From NCBI RefSeq assembly GCF_963921235.1, contig NC_086097.1, positions 220,598,001 through 220,662,000 of the forward strand: a DNA stretch of 64,000 nucleotides, given 5' to 3'. The notes beneath the pieces are model-generated. The model worked only from the letters and a program-made list of their open reading frames with translations. It did no database searches and had not been told where the DNA came from. This stretch comes from Mobula hypostoma (lineage: Eukaryota). The position numbers and the translations under genes are program-made. Below, piece by piece: positions 49,908 to 62,043 of the stretch (the first letter of the stretch is position 1; each line of letters starts with the position of its first letter).

Positions 49908-49978
49908 TCAAAATGCTGGAGGAACTCAGCAGGTCATGGAAATGAATACAGTCGACACTGAGACCCCTCGTCAGGAAA
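49908..49978 (-). mobile_element. PLE 3' remnant ending at the hammerhead
   Basis: AAAATGCTGGAGGAACTCAGCAGGTCA..ACAGTCGAC..GAGACCCCTCGTCAGG. Confidence 0.65.
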
Positions 49979-50369
49979 TGCAATATTTTGAAGACATCTG
50001 AGAATAACAAAAACCAAAAAGACAAATTTCTACCGGCAAACAAAATGTTTTAGATTTAGCATCAAGTACCAGCATTAAGGAGAATGCTCAGTAGATTTCC
50101 GCCCCCTCCCCCACCACCACCATGGAGAGTTAAGAAGAATGCATTGCTACTGTATAAATAGCTGCTTAGCAGCCCTTCAATATTGCTCAAGAAAATATTA
50201 AATACAATAGATTGAGAGAACAGAATCCATGCAGATAGCTCTGTCCTGACACACTGCAGCAACACACCTAATAGCTTCCATCTGCTGTGAAGTTTCCACA
50301 ATTAAAATCACCAATTATGCACAATTCTAAAGGCATTTTACAAATTAGGCACAGAAACCAAGAACACAT

Positions 50370-50575
50370 GCAAGATGTTGGTAAGGCCACATTTGGAGTA
50401 CTGGGTGAAGATCTAGTCACCTTTTAATGATGAAGAATCTAATTAAACTGGAGATGGTGCAAAAATGATTTACGAGGTTGTTGCCGGGACTGAAGAGCTT
50501 GGTTTATGAGGAGTGGCTGGGAAGATTAGGACTTTTTCCCCTGGAGCATAAGAAAATGAAAGTGGGGTCTTATGG
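50370..50575 (+). mobile_element. CR1 fragment
   Basis: LVRPHLEYWV...LEMVQK.FTRLLPGL. Confidence 0.65.
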
Positions 50576-51191
50576 AATGTCTATAGCTTTCCAGAACTGC
50601 AAATAAGGCTAGGAAATGAAGTAAAGTTTGAGAGGGGTCATGTCAAGTGAATGTTTTATTTTAAAGTATTTCCAGAAACAATATTGGAAACATCTAACTG
50701 CAATAGCGTCCATTGTACACCTTTGGGTCACAGACATCCTTGCCGAGACAGTTCCCAAAGATCCTTTGTGGTATTAGCCTCATACTTACAGATCCCTTTT
50801 GGGTTTGGTTGGTATTCTGAGTTTGGATTGATTGATTGATTTATTTATTTATTTATTTAAGTGTCTTAAAATCTTAACATCAATTTCTGTTGCAATAATA
50901 GCTTGAGTGAATAAATTCCTGGGAATGTAAATAATTCATAATGTTTACTTGGACACTCCTTAGAGCAATGATCTTATGATTGGAAATGGTGGTATTTATT
51001 TCTGTACTGAAAGCCACCATCATTCATCTGTGTCATCAACGACATTTTGAGAAGTTCCTCGTCACTGAAAGGAAATGCCTTCTTGTTAACACTTGAACCT
51101 ATTGTGAAAGAACTAATGATTTTAATCAGTACATTTCAAATGAATGTCTCTATCACCTCCTCTGCATGATAATCACTATGATGCTCTTGAG

Positions 51192-51270
51192 CAGAGGTCT
51201 CCAACCATTTTTTATGCCACGGACCCTAACATTAACTGAGGGCTCTGTGCACCCCCAGGTTGGGAACCTG
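51192..51270. mobile_element. Short hAT/Charlie-like MITE
   Basis: CAGAGGTCTCCAACC...GGTTGGGAACCTG imperfect TIR, internal GCCACGGACCC. Confidence 0.55.
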
Positions 51271-52253
51271 CTTTAGGGTTTCAGATGCACCTCACCCCTA
51301 ACAAACACCCACAACACATCCCACAGTTACCACAATGCTATTGGTCACTATGGAATATACGGAGGAATTTAAGGTGGGGGTTAAATGGGTGGTGGGGTTT
51401 GAGGGTCGGCACAACAATGTGGGCCGAAGGGCCTGTACTGTGCTGTACTAGACTATGTTCTATGTTCACTAGATTGATCAACCTTTACATTTTCCTGCCT
51501 GCAAATTAATTTCTAGATTTTCCATCTTCTCTAATTTCTATATTTTGCTAAAGATACAGCCATCCTAATACTAGATCCTAATTTTCAAGAGTAAATCAAA
51601 AGAAATTCATGGCTGAAACTCCTTCACTGTCTAGTGAGGGTGTGAACTTGTAACTGGACAACCTCATACACCAAAAGACAACAGAAGTTTTAATAAGACT
51701 AGAGAAAATAATGTACCAGACACAATTCATAACATTCAGATTCATTTATCGAAGCATAGTGAAACATGGAGCCGATGAAGAAGAACAGCAAGAATGGGAA
51801 CAGGAATGGGTCACCAGATCAGGGTCACATCACAGAACTGAGGTCTAAAACACTGGAGCTGACAGGGAGGTTGTATCAGAATCAGGTTCATTATCACCGG
51901 CATGGGACGTGAAAGCTGTTAACTTAGTAGCAGCAGTTCAATGCAATTCATCATATAGAAGAGAAATAATAAAAATAAGTAAATCAATTACAGTATACGT
52001 ATATTGAATAGATTAAAAATTGTGCAGAAAACAGAAATAATATATATTAAAACAAAGTGAGGCAGTGTTCATGGGTTCAATGTCCATTTAGGAATTGGAT
52101 GGCAGAGGGTAAGAAGCTGTTCCTGAATCACTGAGTGTGCGCCTTCAGGCTTCTGTACCTCCTAACTGATGGTAACAGTGAGAAAAGGGCATGCCCTGGG
52201 TGCTAGAGGTCCTTAATGATGGACGCTGCCTTTCTGAGACACCGCTCCTTGAA

Positions 52254-54413
52254 AGTCAAGTCGCTTTTTATTGTCACTTCGACTATAAACTGCTCGTACA
52301 GTAGATTATGAAGGCACGTAGTCCTCTTTTATTGTCACTTAGTAATGCATGCATTAAGAAATGATACATTGTTTCTTCCAGTGTGATATCACAAAACACA
52401 GGACAGACCAAGACTGAAAAAAACTGACAAAACTACATAATTATAACATAGTTATAACAGTGTAACAATACCATAACTTGAAGAAGTCCATGAGCACAGT
52501 AAAGTTCAAAGTTTCTCAAATGTCCCACATCTCACGCAGACGGGAGAAGGAAGAAAAACTCTCCCTGCCATGCTGACCACAATCCAACTCTGAGTCATCC
52601 AAAAACTTCGAGCTCTGATAAGCTCTCCGACACTGAGTACTGAGTGCCATCTTGGTCCGAACGATTCGACCTCCTTCTCGGTCGCCAAAAGCAGGCAAGG
52701 ACAAGGATTTTGAGGCCTACCCTCCGAAAGATTCCCAACCACACAGTAATGACAGCAGCAAACGGGCGTTTCAGAAATTTCAGAATATTCCTCTGTGCTT
52801 TCACGTCCATTCCCCATCAAATCAGAATTGTCCACGGCCCCTATTTAACAGATACAATATCAGTTTTCACCAGAGGGCTGCGCACACGCAGGCGCACCAC
52901 CATCTTCTCCTCCCGCCTTTTTACACAGTAAAAATGAAACAATGTTCCTCCAGGACCATGGAGCTACATGAAACAACACAAAACTACACTAGACTACGCA
53001 AGACAACACAAAAACCACAGACTACAGACCTACACAGGACTACATGGCGATCGCATTGGACCTTGTTTATACAAACATCCCCGACACGTACCAGGCGGAG
53101 CCCTGCCCCCACCTCGGTTACTCAGACTACATCTCTATTATGCTAATCCCAGCATATAGACCGCTCGTCAGATGCTCCAGACCAGTTCTGAAGCAGGTGA
53201 AAACCTGGCCAGCAGGAGCCATCTCTGCTCTTACAGACTGCTTTGAGCAACTGACTGGCACATGTTCAGGGAGGATGCAACCGATGGTGACTCCACCAAC
53301 TTAGAAGAGTACACGGCATCAGTGACTAGCTACATCAGCAAGTGCATTGATGATGTCACTGTGGCCAAGATCATCACTACACGTTCTAACCAGAAGCCAT
53401 GGATGACCGCGGAGGTGCGGGCGCTGCTGAGAACCCGTGACTCCGCCTTCAGAGCAGGCAACAAGGCAGCCCTAACAACAGCGAGGGCCAAACTGTCCCA
53501 GGCCATCAGAGAGGCAAAGCGTGCACACGCCCAGTGAATCCACAGCCACTTCCAAGACAGCGATGCATGTGGAAGGTCATTCAGGACATCACCAACTACA
53601 GGACAACATCACCTGCCTATGCTGGTGATGCCTCCCTCCCAGATGCATTGAATAACTTCTACGCTCCTTTCCAGGTGGAAAATGACGTGGTGGCGAGGAA
53701 GACCACCCCTCCTCCCAATGACCAGGTGCTGTGTTTTACCGTGGCCGATGTGAGGAGAACCCTGTGCAGGGTCAACCCACGGAAGGCTGCTGGACCAGAC
53801 AATATTCCTGGCAGAGTGCTTAGAGGATGTGCAGACCAGCTAGCAGAGATTCTCACTTACATCTTCAACATCTCCCTGAGCAGCGCCGTCATTCCTACGT
53901 GCTTCAAGGCCACCACTGTTGTCCCCATGCCGAAGAAGTCTTCAGTGTCCTGCCTCAACGACTACCGTCCTGTTGCTCTCACATCCGTCATCATGAAGTG
54001 TTTCGAGAGGCTTGTCATGAGGCACATCAAGACCCTGCTGCCCCCCTCACTGGACCCCTGCAGTTCATGTATCGTCCCAACCGCTCAACAGACAACGCCA
54101 TCGCCACCACCCTCCACCTGGCCCTCACCCACCCGGACAAAAAAGACACGTATGTTCGAATGCTGTTTATAGACTTCAGTTCAGCATTCAACACAATCAT
54201 TCCTCAGCACCTGATTGGAAAGCTGAAACTGCTGGGCCTGAACACCTCCCTCTGCAACTGGATCCTAGACTTCCTTACTGGGAGACCTCAGTCAGTCCGG
54301 ATCAGGAGCAGAATCTCCCACACCATCACACTGAGCACGGGGGCCCACCCGAGGATTTTGCTCAGTCCACTGCTGTTCACTCTGCTGACCCACCACTGTG
54401 CAGCAATACAGAG
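52254..54413. mobile_element. Nested Rex1/Babar element with 5' inversion (3' UTR on minus 52254-53045; APE-RT on plus 53045-54413)
   Basis: [68 protein letters not shown]; frameshifted. Confidence 0.88.
52304..52917 (-). mobile_element. ~610-bp non-coding retroposed element (LINE-like 5' and 3' ends, no recognisable ORF)
   Basis: 5' GGCGGGAGGAGAAGATGGTGGTGCG...; 3' GTGACAATAAAAGAGGACTACGTGCCTTCATAATC; splits the host UTR with ACAGTA on both sides. Confidence 0.6.
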
Positions 54414-54548
54414 CTTGAAGATGTCCTGGCTACTTTGTAGGCTAGTACCCAAGATGGAGCCAATTAAATTTACAACCTTGTGCAGCTTCTTTTGGTCCTG
54501 TACAGTAGCACCGTCCCCTCCATACCAGACAGTGATGCAGACTGTCAG

Positions 54549-55707
54549 AATGATAGGAGAAGACAGGAGGGGGGGGATAGAGCCAAGAGCTGGACAGTTG
54601 ATATGTAAAAGGGGATACGAGAGGATCATGGGACAGGAGGTCCGGGAAAAAAGACAAAGGGGGCGGGGGACCCAGAGGATGGGCAAGACGTATATTCAGA
54701 GGGACAGAGGGAGAAAAAGGAGAGTGAGAGAAAGAATGTGTGCATAAAAATAAGTAACAGATGGGGTACGAGGGGGAGGTGGGGCCTAGCGGAAGTTAGA
54801 GAAGTCGATGTTCATGCCATCAGATTGGAGGCTACCCAGACGGAATATAAGGTGTTGTTCCTCCAACCTGAGTGTGGCTTCATCTTTACAGCAGAGGAGG
54901 CCGTGGATAGACATGTCAGAATGGGAATGGGATGTGGAATTAAAATGTGTGGCCACTGGGAGATCCTGCTTTCTCTGGCGGACAGAGCGTAGATGTTCAG
55001 CAAAGCGGTCTCCCAGTCTGCGTCGGGTCTCGCCAATATATAAAAGGCCACATCGGGAGCACCGGACGCAGTCTATCACCCCAATCGAACCTGATGGCAT
55101 GAAAGCAGGATCTCCCAGTGGCCACACATTTTAATTCCACATCCCATTCTGACATGTCTATCCACGGCCTCCTCTACTGTAAAGATGAAGCCACACTCAG
55201 GTTGGAGGAACAACACCTTATATTCCGTCTGGGTAGCCTCCAACCTGATGGCATGAACATCGACTTCTCTAACTTCCGCTAAGGCCCCACCTCCCCCTCG
55301 TACCCCATCTGTTACTCATTTTTATGCACACATTCTTTCTCTCACTCTCCTTTTTCTCCCTCTGTCCCTCTGAATATACCTCTTGCCCATCCTCTGGGTC
55401 CCCCCCACCGTCTTTCTTCCCGGACTTCCTGTCCCATGATCCTCTCGTATCCCCTTTTGCCTATCACCTGTCCAGCTCTTGGCTCCATCCCTCCTCCTCC
55501 TGTCTTCTCCTATCATTTTGGATCTCCACTTCCCCCTCCAACTTTCAAATCCCTTACTCACTCTTCCTTCAGTTAGTCCTGACGAAGGGTCTCGGCCTGA
55601 AACGTCGACTGCACCTCTTCCTATAGATGCTGCCTGGCCTGCTGCGTTCACCAGCAACTTTGATGTGTGTTGCTTGAATTTCCAGCATCTGCAGAACTCC
55701 TGTTGTT
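54549..55707. mobile_element. Young foldback PLE (GIY-YIG C-terminus + 3' UTR in both orientations)
   Basis: Arms 54549-54973 / 55101-55517; the plus arm continues to the tailed end at 55707. Confidence 0.92.
55574..55611 (+). ncRNA. Minimal type I hammerhead ribozyme, intact core
   Basis: TAGTC CTGACGA AGGGTCTCGGCCT GAAA CGTC GACTG. Confidence 0.8.
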
Positions 55708-56412
55708 ATCAGCACAAATGATATTTTCCCCTTGAATTTTTAGAGTGGTTCAAAGGGGTTGATTGTCATGTGCACAAGTATGCACATGTACAATGAAAAA
55801 CCTTCTTGTAGCAGCATTACAGGCAGAAGATTCAGAAGAGAAACACACATTTTGACTCAAGTTAATTTGACTAGTTTTTTTTGAAGTAGTAACCAAGAAG
55901 GTCGATGAGGGCAGGGCAATCTCCAATTCAATGCAGAAATGAGTTGTTATCACAATTCATTCAAGAGGAAAATAAAAGTATTTGTCATATACATGATGCA
56001 GAAAGAAAAATAAACAACCTTACAAGTGTAATGGGTGAGTGGGTGAACTGGAATTTTATGGTCAGATTAGAAACATGCAGATTTAAAGTTCCAAATGGCA
56101 TACTGTTTTTCTTAATGCACCTTCCATTTTAAGGTTGATCTCCCCCTTACCCCTGGCACCTCACTTTCCAAGCAACCGTCCACAGCTGCATCCTTTTTAT
56201 TTGCATCTTCCTGAACATCAATTACCATTTTAATGCAAACTTTTGAGTTTTTTCTCCTTATGCTTCCAGTTGTAAAAAGTTTGTTTACATGATTGTGAAC
56301 CTTGATTCCTAGTCATGCTGCAGCAATTACTAACTGCAATCACAGAATGGTGCTTTGAGATTTTACTCTTGCATTCACCTCTCCATTCTAGTTAGGCATT
56401 GCAGGAAATAAC

Positions 56413-57190
56413 ATCAGAATCAGAATTAATATCACCAGCATAAGTTGTTGAAATGTGTTAACTTTACAGCAGCAGTACAATGAAATACATGATAAATAGA
56501 GGGGAAAAACTCAGTTACTTCAGTACATAGATGTCTATTAAATACTTAACTTAAAATAAATACTGCAAAATAACAAATATAAAAGTAGTGAGGTAGTTTT
56601 CATGGGGTCAATGTCCATTTAGAAACAGGATGGCAGAGGGAAGAAGCCATTCCTGAATCGCAGAGTATGTTAGATTAGATTAGATTCAACTTTATTGTCA
56701 TTGTGTAGAGTACAGATACAAAGTCAATGAAATGCATTTAGCATCTGACCAGAAATGCAAAGAATAGTGTGCCTTCCAGACAGTAACAGTGCGAGGAGGC
56801 CATGTTCTGGGTTGTGGGGATCGTTAATGGTGGACGCCACCTCCCTAAGGCACCGGTCCTTGAAAATGTCGTGGATACTGCAGAGGCTGGCACTCATGAT
56901 GAAGCTCATTTTACAAGTTTCTGCAACTTATTTCGGTGTTGTGCAGTACCAGACAGTGATGTAGCCAGAATTCCCTCCATGGTACATTTGTAGAAGAAGT
57001 TTCCGAGTGTTTTAGTTGACAAATCAAATCTCCCCAAACTCCTAATGAAATATAGCCACTGTCTTGCCTTCTTTGTAGCTGCATCAATATGTTGCATCCA
57101 GGTTAGGTCCTCAGAGATAATTACACCCAGGAACTTGAAATTGCTCACTCTCTCCACTTCTGATCCCTCTGTGCATCAACCTGGTCCTGA
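56413..57190 (-). mobile_element. Rex1/Babar 3' region with a nested second LINE tail (56670-56768, (TTAGA)n)
   Basis: ERVSNFKFLGVIISEDLTWMQHIDAATKKARQWLYFIRSL; ATCAGAATCAGA tail. Confidence 0.85.
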
Positions 57191-57684
57191 CCTTATATTC
57201 CGTCTGGGTAGCCTCCAACCTGATGGCATGAACATTGACTTCTCTAACTTCCGCTAGGCCCCACCTCCCCCTCGTACCCCAGCTGTTACTCCTTTTTATG
57301 CACACATTCTTTCTCTCACTCTCCTTTTTCTCCCTCTGTCCCTCTGAATATACCTCTTGCCCATCCTCTGGGTCACCCCCCACCTTGTCTTTCTTCCCGG
57401 ACCTCCTGTCCCATGATCCTCTCGTATCCCCTTTTGCCTATCACCTGTCCAGCTCTCGGCTCTATCCCTCCCCCTCCTGTCTTCTCCTATCATTTTGGAT
57501 CTCCCCCTCCCCCTCCAGCTTTCAAATCCCTTACTCACTCTTCCTTCAGTTAGTCCTGACGAAGGGTCTCGGCCTGAAACGTCGACTGCGCCTCTTCCTA
57601 TAGATGCTACTTGGCCTGCTGCGTTCACCAGCAACTTTGATGTATGTTGCTTGAATTTCCAGCATCTGCAGAATTCCTGTTGTT
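57191..57684 (+). mobile_element. Young PLE 3' fragment with tail
   Basis: LIFRLGSLQPDGMNIDFSNFR* + 3' UTR nearly identical to the reverse complement of 32025-32480. Confidence 0.93.
57551..57588 (+). ncRNA. Minimal type I hammerhead ribozyme, intact core
   Basis: TAGTC CTGACGA AGGGTCTCGGCCT GAAA CGTC GACTG. Confidence 0.8.
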
Positions 57685-58339
57685 CTTGGCTTCCTGATTA
57701 CTGTTTTTTGTTGCAATTTGTAGGGTTTTCCTTTGTTGATGCAATTAGGCAGATTTTATAATTCCCCTTTAGAATACACAGATATCTGGCATTACCTTCA
57801 TTGCACAAATGTGCTGTAATCTCCTTATTATTTCAGGGATGTCCCAATATTTTGACCTTGAGATCCACAGATCAACTTGCAGGAACAAGCTGCTTTTCAA
57901 ATATAAACATTTGGCATACAGATCATCCTAAACTTTGAGTCTATTCTTTCATTAGGATGATCAATTTGCATTCAGTGTAACCCAGTTTTCCTGCTTTAGC
58001 TCATCTAATGTTGAACACTCAACTGTGTGTTGATGACTTGAGAGGCAACTATTCTAGTGGCTGCCCTTTCATCCTTGGAGAGCCACTGCTCCTGCAGAAT
58101 TTGGAGTTTGTTGCACATCTCATCCTTACAATTTCCTATCTTTATTGATCTATTATTTTCAAATGCCCTACTTTTTAAACTCTACACTATAAAACCTCTC
58201 AAATATGATTGTACCACCACACCAACCTCCCTCCCACAAACTCAGTTTTCATTCACCTCTTCTGTGCAGGTTTATTTTGTGTAGCAGAGTCTCATACAAG
58301 AGATCATAGATAAGTGGACAGCCACTTAAAGCTGCAGTG

Positions 58340-58582
58340 GTTATAATTTCTCACAGGGTGGTGAATCTCTAATTCTCAATCCTGGGACAGCTGTGGTGGC
58401 TACAGCTTTGAAGATATTTCAAGAGGAAAATATTTTTTGAAAGATTGGGGAATTGAAGACCATGTGGAACTGGCACAGAAGAGATGTTGAGGCCAGGGAG
58501 AGTTCGATCAGCCGTGATCACACTGCCTGCACAGCAGGTTTGAGTGATCAGCTGGCCAATTCCTGCTTCTATTTTATGTTCA
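58340..58582 (+). mobile_element. CR1 3' end fragment
   Basis: TTCTCACAGGGTGGTGAATCTCT...GATCAGCCGTGATC...CTGCTTCTATTTTATGTTC. Confidence 0.65.
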
Positions 58583-59413
58583 TTACCCAAACCCAACAGT
58601 AGCTGTACTTTCATCACTCTTAGCCATCACCAAAATAGTACAAATCAAAACTAATTTTACCCTCTTCAACTGTACATCAGGCCATAGATCAGTGTGAACC
58701 CAGAGCTGATTGTATTAATTGTGTCCAGATGAAAACACACACGTTTCAAAATTAGTGTTGGATCTTCTGTGCGCCATTCATGTTAATGTGTCAAATGTGT
58801 TTCCGATATCATGCTCATGGTTCATAAAGACACTATTTGTGCAACGTTTACTTCCTCCTTTCCCAATATAAACTGGAATTTGAAAAATAAACCCAAGACT
58901 TTCATGGAACAGCAGAACTAACAGCATACTATATTTTGTGGCTATTTAGACTATCTTGCTGGCATTGGGCGACCAATCAGGCAGATTTAAAACACTTCAC
59001 AAGCTGCTCTGTTCACAATGTGTGCCTAAACTAATAATGAATGCTTCCTCGGGCATTTAGCTGCTGAGATACTCTTGCAAGGAATACCTCGGTGGAGCTT
59101 TTAGTCTCCTGAGACACTGGATCTTATTAAAAGTTAATGAACAATATGTTTGGAGGCTCTAGATATCATGGTTGAAATCAGTGGAAACACAGCAGGGAGA
59201 CCTGCTCCATGCTCCAATCAATCATGAATGAAATATGCCAATAACCAGGTGGGGGAGCCCCATTGACACAATACCTCACCAGCAACTTCTTAAGATCAAG
59301 GACACTAATTGTAAGAAATCAATAAATGAATCCTTGACCCGTTTACTGAAAATGCTGTGAGAATACTAGAGTCCACCTGATCTACAATGGAAAGGAAATA
59401 CCACATTCTTATG

Positions 59414-59558
59414 CTCTTTCTTCAGTTAGTCCTGATGAAGGGTCTCGGCCTGAGACGTCGACTGTACCTCTTCCTAGAGATGCTGCCTGACCTGCTGCGT
59501 TCACCGGCAACTTTGAAGTGTGTTGCTTGAATTTCCAGCATCTGTAGAATTCCTCATG
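59414..59558 (+). mobile_element. 145-bp PLE mini-insertion (hammerhead + tail) with perfect 14-bp TSD
   Basis: Hammerhead at 59427-59464 (GAAA>GAGA); TSD ACCACATTCTTATG at 59400-59413 and 59559-59572. Confidence 0.93.
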
Positions 59559-61955
59559 ACCACATTCTTATGTATTACTTAATTGAGTGGAAATCCTTAC
59601 ACCTGGAATAGATGGCAGGATTTACCTGCTGCCAACTAGTTCTTACTTTCACGGGAGCTCCTTCTTGAAATATATGTTATCGACCAAGGTGTCCATGACC
59701 ATGAGTTAACACTGGATCCATCTGGCAACCATTGTGTAACGGGGTGAAGATCACCTCTTCGAGGATAGTTGTTCTCTAACATTGAATTAAACCAAATGTA
59801 GATCCTTTGTGAATTGGACAAGTTGTATTTTAGTGCAACTTTGTGTACGTCACTCTGCAGTTTCAAACTTGAACTGTTCGATCTTATATTTCAACAAGCA
59901 ATCCAAATAAGTGTTAGCACTAACATATTCCCACCCAAAAAAATCAGATTCATCGAATACATTCATCTTTCTTTGGCAAACCTGGGAAACCTATTTTTCA
60001 TCACCAAGCCCCCAGTTAATTTGCCTAGCTCTTTTAATTCTAGCATTTATTTGTTTTTAATTGGTCTTCTAAAGTGAGATTATTGAGATTAGAAATTCTA
60101 CATCAGTGCAAGTTGTTATCCATTTGTTCAGTGACAGCTCGTCATAAAGCACTTTCCTATGCGAAACTATTTGCACACTCCCTGGAGGTTTACAATCATC
60201 TACACGATAGGCCTGCACTGTAGCTATTTTGATGGAGGCAGGGAGAGGGAGGAACAAGGTGAAACTTCAGAACGTGCTCAAGTACATGAGGCAGACAAAT
60301 GCTGAAGTCAACACTGAGAACAATCATCTGAAAGTCCCATGCTGAGCTACATAACTGCTCGCAATTTTTGAGAAGGAATTAACTGCAGGATTATGAAATA
60401 CGAACTGCATTAAAATCATATATGACGCAATACTGGTGCAGTCTTACAAATGGAACCCCAATTATGTCCAATGAATTTATTCGTTTTCAGAAACTATACC
60501 GGGGTCGCAAAACTAACTCATTCATAACTTTCTATTTACCTTTAATACTTGCAAAATAAATCTTCTTGAATATTTTCAGTATTGTGTATTTATGATTGAT
60601 AACTTTTATTTAAAGGCAAGACACTTGTATTTTTCTGGCATTTTATATACACAACTGTCTTCACATATTTATTGGTCTAAATAGCCCAGATAAGCTCCAC
60701 CTCTTAACATCTGGCAGTGGTGTCACATTACAGAACACTAGGGAAAATAGCAACAGGGTCACAAACAAGCAAATATGGTTAGAGCAAATGAGCCTACTCG
60801 TTCAGCCAATGCACAGTAGAACACAAAGTAAAGACTAGTCAACAGTTTCAAGGTTTTCCCTCCTAAATAGAGCAAACCTAATCAAAATCCAGTAGTTTCA
60901 TGCCCGCAGCAAAATTCTAGCAGTCAACAAACTAGATTCCTGTTAACTGGCAGATTCAAGCCAGTGAAATGCCTTCAGAAACTTCAATCTCATTAGCTGC
61001 CAGCACAAATGTTATTGTAAATCAAGTAAAATGGCAACTCAAGAGATTTATTTGCTGCTTATCATAAATTAACAAATTTAAAAGAACAACAAATTTAGTA
61101 CACATTATTTCCATAGGCTCACATTCAGGAACACGGACTTCCAAATCCCTACCCACCCACCCCCTCTCCCCAACCCCGAGCTGCACACGCCACAGTTGTT
61201 AGAATGCCTTCCCAAGCATGATGTAACATGATCGAAATTAAACCAGGGGAGACAGACAGGGCACGTGCCACAGACAGTGAAGGAAAGCAGTTTTCTTCAC
61301 CCCTGAGTGTTCGACGTAGAATGAGCGTGGGTTAAATATTTCGCCACTTCCACGTATTTAAAAGTGAGATAAGCAACCAACACAGAAGACCAGCAACTAT
61401 GCTGATGTCTTTTTATAAATATGTTCTATATGTAAAGTAAAATACTGCATTTTAATTCTATTTATTGCAAAGTATTCTTTTACTCCAATACATTGCAGTT
61501 AAGACTTCCTCAAAAAGTGAAAACTATCATCCATTACCAAGGTTTCAAAGTGAATGCAGTGCAAAAAAAAACTTCATTTCACAAGGAAAGGGATGCTTAC
61601 ACACAGCAATTTTTTCAACCAGTACCACAAAACACCAGCAGATCATGCCTCAAACAATCTGGGGACTAGCTCAGAGACACTTCTATCAATGAGTCAGATT
61701 TGCTTCATAATACTGCAGCAATCTCTCCAAAATGCTTCATAAACTATAGATAGTATTAATTGTTCTAATATACATCACAAAACGAAAGAAAAGCGCTTTT
61801 GTTTGTATCGTATCTTTCACCAACTCCGAACAAGCCAAAACTCTGCACAATTAACATGGTCATGTTATAATGTAGATAATTAATTTTATACACAGGTTAA
61901 ACAAATTCTATTACACAGGCCTGCAGTCAATGAATGGACTTTACTCAGGGAAGCA

Positions 61956-62043
61956 ATCAGAATCAGATTTAATACCACTGGAAAAAGCGGCAAAACAACA
62001 CATTTCAAGTCGCATGCCAGTGATATTAAACCCAATTCTGAAT
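61956..62043. mobile_element. Tiny foldback of two Rex1 3' ends
   Basis: ATCAGAATCAGATTTAATACCACTGG ... CCAGTGATATTAAACCCAATTCTGAAT. Confidence 0.55.

Larger units (their letters stand above)
51875..54551 (-). mobile_element. Rex1/Babar element (outer layer: 51875-52253 and 54414-54551)
   Basis: ATCAGAATCAG tail and 3' UTR; sequence resumes after a CTTGAA duplication (52248-52253 / 54414-54419); [18 protein letters not shown]. Confidence 0.85.
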
